Origin: Candidatus Calescibacterium sp.
GTDB taxonomy: Bacteria > Calescibacteriota > Calescibacteriia > Calescibacteriales > Calescibacteriaceae
Length of the DNA: 64,000 bases
Assembly: GCA_032249135.1 (NCBI GenBank)
Contig: JAVVGL010000006.1
Span: 39,879-103,878, forward strand
Direction of reading: 5' to 3'
The notes beneath the pieces were generated by a model, which had not been told where the DNA came from, searched no databases, and saw only the letters and a program-made list of their open reading frames with translations. The position numbers and the translations under genes are program-made. This document shows, in pieces, positions 47,086 to 57,497 of the stretch (its first letter is position 1; each line of letters starts with the position of its first letter).

Positions 47086-48318
47086 ATGGCGCATGAAAGA
47101 AAATATATAGTTGGACTTGATATAGGAACAACAAAAGTTTGCACAATCGTAGCAGAGGGAACTGACAACGGATTAAATGTTGTTGGTGTCGGACTTGCTC
47201 AATCGCAGGGTATGAAAAAAGGTATGGTATATGATATAGACCAGATGACAGAATCTATAATAAGGTCTGTATCAGAAGCGGAAAAGATGATAGATGATAA
47301 AATTCAAGATGTCATAATAGGAATCGCTGGTGAGCACATCTCTGGTTTTAGCGCAGAGGGCATGGTATCAACCCCATCAGGCATTATCACAGAAAGAGAT
47401 GTAAAAAGAGTAATAGATAGCGCAAAAGTTGATAACATCCCACCTGACAAAAAAATAATTCACATAATACCTCAAGAGTTTATAGTTGATGACCAAAGAC
47501 ATATTTTGAGACCAGTTGGAATGTATGGAAGGAAACTAAAAGCTAATATATATATCATAACAGGTAATTTGCATGCTATAAAAAACATAATAAGGTGTTG
47601 TGAAAGAGCTGGTCTTGTAGTAAGAAACATAGTCTTGCAATCAATAGCATCCGCGGAAGCAGTTTTATATCCAGAGGAAATGGAGATAGGAACTGTTCTT
47701 ATAGATATAGGTGGTGGAACAACAGATGTAGCAGTATTTTATAACGGGAGTCTCGTTCACACAGTTGAAATAGATATAGCAGGGAACCATATAACATCAG
47801 ACATCGCGGTAAGGTTTGGCATACCAAGAAGTGTTGCAGAGGAAGTAAAAAGAAAATACGGATGTGCCAATGCAGGACGTGTATCGGAAAAAGAAGTAAT
47901 TCAAGGAGTAAGGAAAGCAGGACCAGGTCAGCTTACAAACATTATCAAAAAGGAGCTTGCAGAAGTTATCCAGCTTAGAATAGAAGAAATATTTGATAGA
48001 GTAAAGGCTGGTCTTGATTCAAGCCCATTCCCAAAATACATAAGACAAGTTGTTCTCACAGGGGGAACTGCTCAACTCCCTTATATTGATGAGATAGCGG
48101 AAAAAATTCTCGGCTTGCCAGTAAGGATTGGTTATCCGCACAGTATAAATGGTCTCCACGACCTTGAAAATCCTATATTCGCAACTGGTGTTGGTTTGGT
48201 TATATACGCATCAAAGAATGCTCCTGTGTATGAGGCAAAACCTTATACATCTGGTAAAGGGTTCTTTTCAAGATTCAAAGAAAAGGTAAAGCAGTGGTTT
48301 GCATTTTTATTCTCATAA
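47086..48318 (+). CDS. ftsA: Cell division protein FtsA
   Basis: GLDIGTTK, DIGGGTTD and LTGGTA motifs; amphipathic C-terminal helix. Confidence 0.97.
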   Translation: MAHERKYIVGLDIGTTKVCTIVAEGTDNGLNVVGVGLAQSQGMKKGMVYDIDQMTESIIRSVSEAEKMIDDKIQDVIIGIAGEHISGFSAEGMVSTPSGIITERDVKRVIDSAKVDNIPPDKKIIHIIPQEFIVDDQRHILRPVGMYGRKLKANIYIITGNLHAIKNIIRCCERAGLVVRNIVLQSIASAEAVLYPEEMEIGTVLIDIGGGTTDVAVFYNGSLVHTVEIDIAGNHITSDIAVRFGIPRSVAEEVKRKYGCANAGRVSEKEVIQGVRKAGPGQLTNIIKKELAEVIQLRIEEIFDRVKAGLDSSPFPKYIRQVVLTGGTAQLPYIDEIAEKILGLPVRIGYPHSINGLHDLENPIFATGVGLVIYASKNAPVYEAKPYTSGKGFFSRFKEKVKQWFAFLFS

Positions 48319-48338
48319 AAAAAGGAGGTTTTTAGACC

Positions 48339-49415
48339 ATGGAGACTTTCAGTGAATTTAAACCTGTAATAAAGGTAGTAGGAGTAGGTGGAGCAGGAGG
48401 CAATATAATTAACACTTTGGCAGAAGTTGGCATAGAAGGAGTTGAGCTTATTGCAGTAAATACTGATGCTCAGGTTCTCTCTCTCAATAAAGCACCAACT
48501 AAGGTTCAAATAGGCGCAAAGCTTACCAGAGGACTTGGAGCGGGGGGAAATCCAGAAATAGGACGAAAATCCGCAGAGGAAGATATAGAGAAATTAAAGC
48601 AGTGTCTTGATGGAGCTGATATGGTTTTCCTTACGGCAGGCATGGGAGGTGGAACTGGAACAGGTGCTATACCTGTTATAGCTCAGGTTGCAAAAGAGGA
48701 GATAGGAGCTCTTACAGTTGCGGTCGTTACAAAACCTTTCTTCTTTGAAGGGAAAAAAAGAATGGATAACGCAATCCGGGGAATATCTGAACTGAGAGAA
48801 TTTGTTGATACTCTAATAGTTATATCTAATGACAAACTTTTTGAGGTTTGCGGTAAAAATGTATCAGTAAAAGAAAGTTTCAGGATAATAGACGATATTC
48901 TCGTCAGGGCAGTAAAATCAATATCTGACCTTATAACTCAACCTGCTCTTATAAACATTGATTTTGCAGATGTGAGAACAATAATGCAAGACAAAGGTTA
49001 TGCTCTGATAGGTGCCGGTGAAAGCGATGAGACAAATAAAGATGGTAGAGCCGTTAAAGCTGCAAGGATTGCGATAGAGAACCCATTACTTGATGGTGAC
49101 ATAAAAATAGATGGTGCGACAAATGTTCTTTTATGTATATCGGGTGGAGAATCTCTCTCTTTGTATGAGGCAAAGGAAGCTGCGGAGGCAATAAGAGAGA
49201 GGCTCGCAGAAGATGCGAACATAATTTTTGGTGTATCAATAGATGAAAAACTTGGAGATAAAGTCAAAGTTATCGTAGTCGCTACCGGTCTTAATGAAAG
49301 AATAAAAGTTATTCATGAACCGGAAGCTAAGACCGAAATAACTGAAATAACAAAAGATGGCAAAGATTTTTATGATATTCCATCTTTTATGAGAAGAAAA
49401 AGAAAGATTGTTTAA
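48339..49415 (+). CDS. ftsZ: Cell division protein FtsZ
   Basis: [23 protein letters not shown] and C-terminal DIPSFMR. Confidence 0.98.
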   Translation: METFSEFKPVIKVVGVGGAGGNIINTLAEVGIEGVELIAVNTDAQVLSLNKAPTKVQIGAKLTRGLGAGGNPEIGRKSAEEDIEKLKQCLDGADMVFLTAGMGGGTGTGAIPVIAQVAKEEIGALTVAVVTKPFFFEGKKRMDNAIRGISELREFVDTLIVISNDKLFEVCGKNVSVKESFRIIDDILVRAVKSISDLITQPALINIDFADVRTIMQDKGYALIGAGESDETNKDGRAVKAARIAIENPLLDGDIKIDGATNVLLCISGGESLSLYEAKEAAEAIRERLAEDANIIFGVSIDEKLGDKVKVIVVATGLNERIKVIHEPEAKTEITEITKDGKDFYDIPSFMRRKRKIV

Positions 49416-49487
49416 ATTTAAAGCAAAACAAAAATAAATTTTCTTTTCTTTCCCATCTTCATCAGATTTTCTCAATAAAATTTTCAT

Positions 49488-50354
49488 ATGGAGGAAATAA
49501 ACAAGTTAAAAAATCTTGAAAGGTATAGCGATGAAGAAATTGCGGGATTCCTTGATACTGTTGAATCAAAATTAGTGGAGCTTTCGGATAAAGAATTGAA
49601 AGAGCTTTTCAGTATTCTTGTAAATATTCTTACAAAAAGAAGAGGATTCGCAAGTAAGAGGGCAGAAGAGATTCTCGATTCCCTTTATCCAAAAATGAGG
49701 TGGGAGATTATACATTTACTTTGGTCAGACATACCTTACATAAGGAATACAGCTTTAACAATAATAGCTCATCACAAAGATAGGGAAGCTACTTTAAAAC
49801 TTATAAAAGATAAAGACAAAGATATAAGAAAGTTTGCATTAGATATAGCTTTTGAGATGGGAGATACCGAAATTTTGGAAATGGGACTTGATGATGACGA
49901 CCCAAATGTTGTTGTATCTTCTGCTGAATACCTTGCTCGGCTCGGAAGCGATGCAGCATTAGGGAAAATAATAGATAAAGTTCGTCAAACCCCATTAGAA
50001 GATATTTATTTACTTCTTTTCTTATTTGAGTCACTAATAAGATTAGGCTACCCTGACTCTGCGAAAGTTATTCGGGAGAAATTTCCCGATGTATCTGATC
50101 CACTAATAAAAGACATATATATAAGAGCTTGCGGGATATCAAGCGATATAAAATACATAGATTTTCTTCTTTCTGTGCTTGATGACGAAAGTGTGAGAAA
50201 ACTTGCCCTTGAATCTATTTTCTCAATCATAAGACAAGTTCAAGTTAAAGATGAAGAAATGAAAAATAAAATAAGGAGAGAAATTGAAAGCAGGTTAACA
50301 AAAATGAATCCTTCTGAGCTTGAAGTTGCAGGAAAAATTCTCACGGCGATCTGA
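49488..50354 (+). CDS. HEAT-repeat protein
   Basis: Repeats IRNTAL, DKDKDIRKFALD and DDDDPNVVVSSAEYL. Confidence 0.75.
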   Translation: MEEINKLKNLERYSDEEIAGFLDTVESKLVELSDKELKELFSILVNILTKRRGFASKRAEEILDSLYPKMRWEIIHLLWSDIPYIRNTALTIIAHHKDREATLKLIKDKDKDIRKFALDIAFEMGDTEILEMGLDDDDPNVVVSSAEYLARLGSDAALGKIIDKVRQTPLEDIYLLLFLFESLIRLGYPDSAKVIREKFPDVSDPLIKDIYIRACGISSDIKYIDFLLSVLDDESVRKLALESIFSIIRQVQVKDEEMKNKIRREIESRLTKMNPSELEVAGKILTAI

Positions 50355-51753
50355 TTTTTTTTCTTCTTTCTTCTATCTGTGGTATCCCGAGGATTTTTCT
50401 GTATTTTACAACTGTTCTCCGTGAAATATCTATGCCAAATTTTTCTTTTAGTTTTTCTGCTATTTGAGAATCTGAAAGTGGGTTTTGCGGATCTTCGTTC
50501 TCAATCATATTTTTTATCTCGTTCATTACGGCTTCTCTTGAAACCTTTATCTCTCCCTTTGAAAATCCGCGAGAGAGAAATCTTTTTAGTTCAAAAATTC
50601 CGTAAGGTGTTCTGACATATTTATTTATGATTGCTCTATCTATTGTTGATTTTGAAATTCCGCACATTTTCTCCAAATCTTCAAGTGTGAGAGGCTTTAT
50701 TTTTTCTATCTCGCCGGTCTCTAAAAACTCATCTTGATAAGAGAAAATTGCCTTTGCAACTTTCATAACTAAATCCTCCCTTTTCTTTAAACCCTCAACA
50801 TAATTTTTTGCCCTCTGGAGCATCTCATCTAAAATCTTTCTCTTCCCTTCTTCAAGGGATTTCTTTGCGTTTTTGTACCATGCTTCTTTTTGCCAATCAG
50901 ATAATCTCACCCTTATTGTTTTTTCCGGTATTATATATGTTTCTCCATTATATTTGAAGACATGTAAATCTACTTTTCTTGGCGGTGAAAAAACTTCGTT
51001 CCTCAAAAATTCAAATGTCGGAAACAGTGGAAGACTTATAGATTGCGGTAATCTTATATTTATTGAACTTATCAGCTCAGATAAGTTCAAGTCAACATTA
51101 CCGCTGATACTTTTGTTTTTATCAGTTCTTTCATTTATATTATTTTTCAGCTTTTCTAACTCTTTCTTTATCTTTTCTAATTCTTCTTGAGCTAAAAATT
51201 TTGAAAGTATAAAAAGGAAATATTCCTCCGCATTTTTGCTCCCTATCCCTGGAGGGTCAAGTTCCATAAATCTTTTCCTTACATTCTCTATCTGATCTTC
51301 ACTTACTGATATTCCTTCTTGTTCAAGTTCTTTTTTTATATCTTCAATCGTTTTTGAAAGGTATCCTTTTTCATCGAGCGACCAAAATATTTTTTCTGCT
51401 ATCAGAATTTCTATTTGGTCGGAGAATTTGGTGTATATTTGAGGAATGACTTTCTCATCAAGCGATGCATGAGCAGAAATATTTTCTACCGATCTCCCAA
51501 CTAACTCCTCTAACTCCTCATTCCTTGAAAAATTTGGAACTGGTGTCCACCCAGAATATAATTCTGGATATGATTCCTGATATTCTTCTGGCTCCTCTGT
51601 ATCATACTCTAAAAATGGATTTTCTTCTGCCTCCTTTTTTATTTGTTCTTCAAGCTCATGAATCGGAAGAGTGATAAGTTTGAGTTGGATTATAATTGAA
51701 GGAGTTATTTTGAGTTTCAGAGTTGGTTTCTGTTCAAGTTGAAATTTTATCAT
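50341..51753 (-). CDS. rpoN: RNA polymerase sigma-54 factor
   Basis: Region I, ENPFLE, DPPGIG, KYVRTPYGIFEL, PLSD and RpoN box SRRTVVKYR. Confidence 0.94.
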   Translation of the reverse strand: MIKFQLEQKPTLKLKITPSIIIQLKLITLPIHELEEQIKKEAEENPFLEYDTEEPEEYQESYPELYSGWTPVPNFSRNEELEELVGRSVENISAHASLDEKVIPQIYTKFSDQIEILIAEKIFWSLDEKGYLSKTIEDIKKELEQEGISVSEDQIENVRKRFMELDPPGIGSKNAEEYFLFILSKFLAQEELEKIKKELEKLKNNINERTDKNKSISGNVDLNLSELISSINIRLPQSISLPLFPTFEFLRNEVFSPPRKVDLHVFKYNGETYIIPEKTIRVRLSDWQKEAWYKNAKKSLEEGKRKILDEMLQRAKNYVEGLKKREDLVMKVAKAIFSYQDEFLETGEIEKIKPLTLEDLEKMCGISKSTIDRAIINKYVRTPYGIFELKRFLSRGFSKGEIKVSREAVMNEIKNMIENEDPQNPLSDSQIAEKLKEKFGIDISRRTVVKYRKILGIPQIEERRKKIRSP

Positions 51754-51960
51754 ATATAAAAAATTTTAATTATGCTATATCAATTAAATCTAGGTTTTCA
51801 AATCCTTCAGCAAAATCCATAAGCTTTTTTATTCAGTATATCTAAGTTTTGAAATCTGTAAGATAGTCCAGAAAAGACTACTAGGTTTTATATGGATACT
51901 TTTTTCAGCAAAAAATTCAAAAAAATAAAAACTTATTTTTGATTTGATAAAATATTGTCT

Positions 51961-53058
51961 ATGAAAAAATTCACTCTATTTACTCCCGGACCTGCTGAGG
52001 TTCCTCCAAGAGTTCTTAAAGCTCTATCTGAACCTATAATACATCACAGAAGTCAGGATTTCAGAAACATATTTTTTGATGTAAGAGAAAAACTCAAAAG
52101 GCTATTTAAAACAAAGCAAGATGTTATTGTTTTTGCATCATCCGGAACTGGTTCTATGGAGGCAGCAGTTGTGAATTTCTTTTCAAAAGGTGACAAAGTT
52201 ATTGTTGTAAACGGAGGTAAATTTGGTGAAAGATGGACAGAAATATGCACTACATACGGTCTTGAAGTTGAGGAAATAAAAGTTGAGTGGGGATATGGGG
52301 TAGATCCAGAAGATGTCAGGAAAGCTCTGAAAAAAAATGGAAAAGTGAAAGGAGTTTTTATTCAAGGTTGTGAAACTTCAACAGGGGTTGAGCACCCGGT
52401 AAAAGAGGTTGCAAAAGTTGTGAGAGAAGAAAGAGGAGACGATACTCTTTTTGTGGTTGATGGGATAACTGCTGTGGGAGTTTTTGATATAGATATGGAT
52501 GGCTGGGGAATAGATATTCTTCTGACAGGTTCGCAAAAAGCCCTCATGCTGCCTCCGGGACTTTCTATGATCTCTGCATCAGAAAGAGCTTTAAAATTTA
52601 TGGAAAAATCTGATCTGCCAAAATACTACTTTGATTTGAAAAGAGAGATGAAAGCACAACAAGAAGGGGAAACTGCTTTTACACCTGCTATATCTTTAAT
52701 AAAAGGTTTGAGAGAGTCTTTGACTATGATTTTAGATGAGGAAGGACTTGAAAATGTTTTTGAAAGACACAAAAGATTAGCTTCAATTTTGAGAAGTATG
52801 GTTGAGGGAATGGGTCTTAAAATTTATGCCAAAAGACCTGCTCCCGGACTTACAACAATAGAAATTGAAGATGCTGAAAACATAAGAAAAAGAATGAGAG
52901 AGCTCGGAGCTTGGGTTGCAGGGGGTCAAGGGAAACTCAAAGGCAAGATAATAAGAATAGCTCACATGGGATATTACACAGAAGGAGATATGATTTATGT
53001 CGGAAATGTCCTAAAATTTGTATATGACGAATTCAAAAGCAAGCAAAGGAAAAACTGA
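51961..53058 (+). CDS. Class V PLP aminotransferase (alanine-glyoxylate/serine-pyruvate family)
   Basis: TPGP, HHRS, SGTGSMEA, ETSTG, GSQKALMLPPG and RIAHMG motifs. Confidence 0.92.
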   Translation: MKKFTLFTPGPAEVPPRVLKALSEPIIHHRSQDFRNIFFDVREKLKRLFKTKQDVIVFASSGTGSMEAAVVNFFSKGDKVIVVNGGKFGERWTEICTTYGLEVEEIKVEWGYGVDPEDVRKALKKNGKVKGVFIQGCETSTGVEHPVKEVAKVVREERGDDTLFVVDGITAVGVFDIDMDGWGIDILLTGSQKALMLPPGLSMISASERALKFMEKSDLPKYYFDLKREMKAQQEGETAFTPAISLIKGLRESLTMILDEEGLENVFERHKRLASILRSMVEGMGLKIYAKRPAPGLTTIEIEDAENIRKRMRELGAWVAGGQGKLKGKIIRIAHMGYYTEGDMIYVGNVLKFVYDEFKSKQRKN

Positions 53059-53293
53059 TTCAAAAGTTAAAAAAAAGAATGTAAATGTGAAGTTCTCTTT
53101 TGATGAAGAAAATGACATCATCTACATATCAATAAAAGATGGACCTGCTTTTGACTCGGAAGAAGTAGCAGAAAATATCAGAGTTGAATACGATGAGCAA
53201 GGAGAATTAGTGGGAATTGAGATTTTCAACATTACTCAAATTATCGCAAATGCCATCAAAAAGAAAATCAAAGAAACTTTGTTTGAAAGATAA
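53024..53293 (+). CDS. DUF2283 domain protein; start uncertain
   Basis: FDEENDIIYI...SEEV....VEYDEQGELVGIEI pattern. Confidence 0.8.
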   Translation: MTNSKASKGKTDSKVKKKNVNVKFSFDEENDIIYISIKDGPAFDSEEVAENIRVEYDEQGELVGIEIFNITQIIANAIKKKIKETLFER

Positions 53294-53367
53294 ACAGAAA
53301 AGATATACAGCATGAAGATGGAAAATTACTCAAAAAATTAAATCTTGAAAAAACTAATAATTCATTC

Positions 53368-53398
<31 letters not shown>

Positions 53399-53403
53399 AG
53401 AAT

Positions 53404-55311
53404 ATGCAGAGGGGAAAAGGTGTTTTTGATATATCTATAAGGAACTTCATATATGGGATTCTTATCATAGTGTTTTTGGGTGCATCTTTCTTTACCGCAT
53501 TTGTGTTTATATCTTCAAGAACATTAGTAAACGGCGGAAAGTTCGTGGATTATGTTGGGAAATTAAGAGGAGGTATGCAAAGGGTTTCAAAAATTGCTCT
53601 CTCTGGAAATGATCCAGATGAAGCTATGCAAAGAGTTGATGAGATACTCAAAATGGTAACTGAGGGTAGTAAAGAAGAAGGGATACCAAAATATGAGAAA
53701 AAAGAGTTTAGAGCAAAATTAGAGGAGGTTAAAAATAAATGGGATGAAGTAAAGGCTCTTTCAAAGAAACTAAAAGAACAAGGAAAAGATGAGCAGACAA
53801 CACAAAAACTATTTGAAGAATCAGAAATCCTATTTAAACTAACGGATGAGCTTGTAGGTCTTTAAGCAGGGTATGTAAAAGAGAGAGCAATTATTGTTGA
53901 AACTGTTCCTTTGATTATTTTTGCCTTATCTTTAATTTTCATTTCATTTGCTTTTATTTTTGGCAGAAACATAAGCCGGAATATAAATAAGCTTTTGGGG
54001 TATTTAAAGGAAATATCAGATGGTAATTTTTCTCAAACTTTGGAAGGAGGTGGAGTGGAACAAATATATCAAATCACTTCAAATGCAAATCAAATTGTTA
54101 CCTCGCTTTCATCTTTGGTGGAGAAAATATACGATTCTGCAATCAAGGTATATGCAACTGCTGAGGGATTTCTTTTTACTTCTGCAAAGCTATCTAATAT
54201 TACTCAGAAGTTATCTTCTGAAATAGCTCAAATAGCGTCTGCTGCTGAGGAGTCAAGCAAGGCAACAGAGGAGATAGAAAGAGTTGCTTTACATTCAAAA
54301 GATACTGCGGAGAAATCTATGGAGGCATCGAGAGAGGTAGTCAATTTATCTTATGGGGTGGTTGAAATTATGAATCAGGCTTATAATTCAACTTTGCAGC
54401 TTTCTAAAACCTTATCATCTCTTGTGAAGGAGGTTAGAGGAATTGGGAATATAGTTGGTATAATAAAAGATATAGCAGATCAGACGAACATACTTGCTAT
54501 TAATGCGTCAATAGAGGCGGCAAGAGCGGGGGAGCAGGGAAAAGGATTTGCTGTTGTAGCAAGCGAAATAAGGAAATTGGCAGAAGGAACTATAAAATCA
54601 TCAAATGAGATATCTCAAAAAATCTCCTCAATTCAAAAAGATGCTCAAAATACACTTGATTCTATGGAAGGAGCTTTGAAGAGATTAGATGATGTGAAGA
54701 ATTTTATTTTGAGGCTCAAAGAAGTTCTTGACCGCACATTAAATTCATTTTCTGAGGTAAGCAAAGATATGGCTCAAATATCATCTGCCGTATCAGAACA
54801 AGTTGCTGTTTCTCGGGAGATTGCAAGAAATACGGTAAATATATCTAATATGTCAGAAGATGTATCAAAAGAGGTAAGGAATGTTCTTTCTTCCGCAATC
54901 AGAATTATAAGCGAGATAGACGAGTTGAGGGAAAGAACTTTTGCTTTCAGAACGAAAAATAGAGATTATTTTATTTTGGATCTTGCAAAGACGGATCACA
55001 GGGTTTGGGTCGCTCGGGTTTATGGTCATATTTTGGGGCTTTTGAAGTTAGACTTATCTACTATACCAGACCATACCAAATGCAAATTAGGTAGATGGTA
55101 TTATAGTGAGGGTATAAAAGTTTTTGGGAAGTCTCCAGTTTTCAGAGAGTTGGAAGATGTGCATAAAAAGATACATTCTTTGGGTATGGAGATACTTTCT
55201 TCTTATGAGAGAGGAGAAGCAAAGAGAGCGTTTGAACTTTTCCCGAAACTTGAAGAGACTTCCCAAGAAGTTTTGAGACTTCTTGATGAACTAAAAAAAT
55301 ATAGATTGTAA
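53404..55311 (+). pseudogene. Methyl-accepting chemotaxis protein (PilJ/NarX-like sensor, TM, HAMP, MA, C-terminal CZB) interrupted by an in-frame TAA at 53863-53865
   Basis: ORFs 53404-53865 and 53911-55311 share a frame; GKLRGGMQR sensor motif, [30 protein letters not shown] motifs DHRVW, CKLGRWY and HKKIH. Confidence 0.8.
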
Positions 55312-55413
55312 AGAAAATTTTTCTAATATCAACTTGATTGGTAGCGGAGAAATTTGACAAATTCTATTTCAGTTGTAATGTCTTCACGTTTTTCTTCATC
55401 TGAGTTCAAGGAA

Positions 55414-56238
55414 TCAGAAAATAAGTCGGGGAGGATTTGTTCCTGGAACACATGCATAGTGTGAGAAATCTGTTATCCCTTCTTCTCGCAAGACATCCTC
55501 ATCTATAAGGGCTTTTCCTGTTCTGCGTGATGGTGGTTTTGATACTATCGCTATTACTGCATCAGCAACTATATCTGGTTTTCTCCACATCGTCGGGTCT
55601 CCAAGTTTAAAATTTATAGTTGCCTGGCTCTCAATAGCGGTAGCTGGCCACAGAGAATTAACTGCTATATTGTATTCTTTCACCTCCTCTGCCAACCCCA
55701 TAGAAAGCATGGTCATGCCATATTTTGATATAAGATAAGCTACTTTTCCCGGAAGGATAGAAAATTCTATCGGTGGAGACATATTTATTATGTGTCCCCA
55801 TCTTTGTTTGATCATGTAGGGTAGGACATAGTAGCATCCTAAAAACGCAGCTCTAACATTCACTTGCATCACAAGGTCAAATCTTTTCGGAGGAGTTTCT
55901 ATTACAGGTTGCCACCAGAGCGCACCTGCGTTGTTTATAAGTATATGAACTGTTCCAAACTTTGAAACTGTTTCCTCAACCATCCTTTTTATGTCATCTT
56001 CAAATCTTACATCTGTTTTTACAGCTATCGCTTCACCTCCTATTTTTTTTATTTCTTCTACTGTATCATATATTGAGCCAGGAAGCTTTTCTGTTCCTTG
56101 TTCACTTTTTGCTGCTACACACACCTTTACTCCTCTTTTTGCAAGCTCAATTGCTATCTTCTTCCCTATGCCTCTTGATGCTCCTGTTACAATTGCCACT
56201 TTGCCCTCAAGTTTTTCTTCTTCTTTTATATGTATCAT
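55414..56238 (-). CDS. Short-chain dehydrogenase/reductase (HSDL2-like)
   Basis: TGASRGIG, KLPGSI, NNAG, YLISK and NSLWP motifs. Confidence 0.88.
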   Translation of the reverse strand: MIHIKEEEKLEGKVAIVTGASRGIGKKIAIELAKRGVKVCVAAKSEQGTEKLPGSIYDTVEEIKKIGGEAIAVKTDVRFEDDIKRMVEETVSKFGTVHILINNAGALWWQPVIETPPKRFDLVMQVNVRAAFLGCYYVLPYMIKQRWGHIINMSPPIEFSILPGKVAYLISKYGMTMLSMGLAEEVKEYNIAVNSLWPATAIESQATINFKLGDPTMWRKPDIVADAVIAIVSKPPSRRTGKALIDEDVLREEGITDFSHYACVPGTNPPRLIF

Positions 56239-56402
56239 GGCTTATCAAAATTAAATCTACAAAACAAAAGTTTTAACTTTTGCAGATTTTGCAGAAATAT
56301 CATTATTGAGGAAAATAAAAGTAAGTAAGAATGAAAAAACATAAGATAAAGAAATTTGAATTTTTGTAAGATTTTGTTCGGGAGATTAAAATTTTCATTT
56401 TT

Positions 56403-56477
56403 GGGCGGATAGCTCAGGGGTAGAGCGTTGGCCTTACGAGCCAAAGGTCGAGGGTTCGATTCCCTCTCCGCCTACCA
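56403..56477 (+). tRNA. tRNA-Val(TAC)
   Basis: Acceptor stem GGGCGGA/TCCGCCT, anticodon stem TTGGC/GCCAA with loop CT-TAC-GA, T-arm GAGGG-TTCGATT-CCCTC, encoded ACCA. Confidence 0.93.
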
Positions 56478-56483
56478 AAATTT

Positions 56484-57410
56484 GTGGTTGTTGTTGTTGG
56501 CTCAGCAAACTTTGATTTCACAATAAAAGTTCCAAGATTCCCGCAAGTTGGTGAAACCATAACAGGCGGAAAGCTTATAACATCATCGGGAGGGAAGGGA
56601 TTAAATCAGGCGATAGCAAGTGCAAGAGCAGGTGCAAAAACACATCTAATTTGTTCTGTGGGAAATGATATTCTGTGGAAGCAAATTTTGGCAATCATAA
56701 GAAAAGAAAAAAATCTCAAAGTAATTCCTTTTTTTTCAAAACAGCATACAGGGTGTGCTTTTATCATTATAGATGAGAACGGAAAAAATAAAATTTTTGT
56801 TGCCCCTGGTGCAAACCTTAATCTCAAATTTAGCCTTGTTTCTCGTAAGTTGAAAATTTTGGAGCCAAAACACATAATCATTCAGAATGAAATCCCAGAT
56901 GAAGTCATAAAGGGGATAATTAAGATGAAAGATAAATTTCTTAACTCAAAGATTTTTTTTAACGCAGCACCCTATAAAGATTCAGTTAAGGAGATTTTAG
57001 ATAGACCGGACTTTTTGATCGTAAATGAAACCGAAGCATCTTTTATATTCAACAGGAAGATAGAAAACGAAAGTGACGCCCTATCAGTTCTTGAGGATAT
57101 AAGGAAAGATTTTAAAAATACCATCATAATAACTTTGGGGGAAAATGGTGTTGCTTTTTTGCATAATCAGTATTTATCACATATTCCAGCTTTTCGGGTT
57201 CAAGCAGTAGATACAACCTCAGCTGGTGATACATTCATAGGATACCTCTCTTATGCTCTCCTGAATGGAAGCGATATAAATGATGCTATAAAATTGGCGC
57301 AGGCAGCATCTGCTATATGTGTTTCAAGGTATGGAGCTGGGGCATCAATACCCACTGCCCGTGAGGTAAAAAATTTCCTGAAAGAAAGAGCGCAATCCAA
57401 AAAGCAGTAG
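56484..57410 (+). CDS. rbsK: Ribokinase
   Basis: GSANFD, GGKGLNQA, NETEA and DTTSAGDTF motifs. Confidence 0.88.
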   Translation: MVVVVGSANFDFTIKVPRFPQVGETITGGKLITSSGGKGLNQAIASARAGAKTHLICSVGNDILWKQILAIIRKEKNLKVIPFFSKQHTGCAFIIIDENGKNKIFVAPGANLNLKFSLVSRKLKILEPKHIIIQNEIPDEVIKGIIKMKDKFLNSKIFFNAAPYKDSVKEILDRPDFLIVNETEASFIFNRKIENESDALSVLEDIRKDFKNTIIITLGENGVAFLHNQYLSHIPAFRVQAVDTTSAGDTFIGYLSYALLNGSDINDAIKLAQAASAICVSRYGAGASIPTAREVKNFLKERAQSKKQ

Positions 57411-57497
57411 CAAAAATAAAGAAAAGGAAAGAATAAATAAAATAAAGAATAAAGAAAAAGAGAGAAAAAAGTCAAAGAATGATAAAATTAAATTATT

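Noticed and set aside
53863-53865. Selenocysteine or pyrrolysine recoding of the MCP stop
   Set aside because: The codon is TAA, not TGA or TAG, and TAA ends many normal genes here
56235-56444. 69-aa minus-strand ORF
   Set aside because: Antisense to tRNA-Val and AT-rich promoter DNA; spurious
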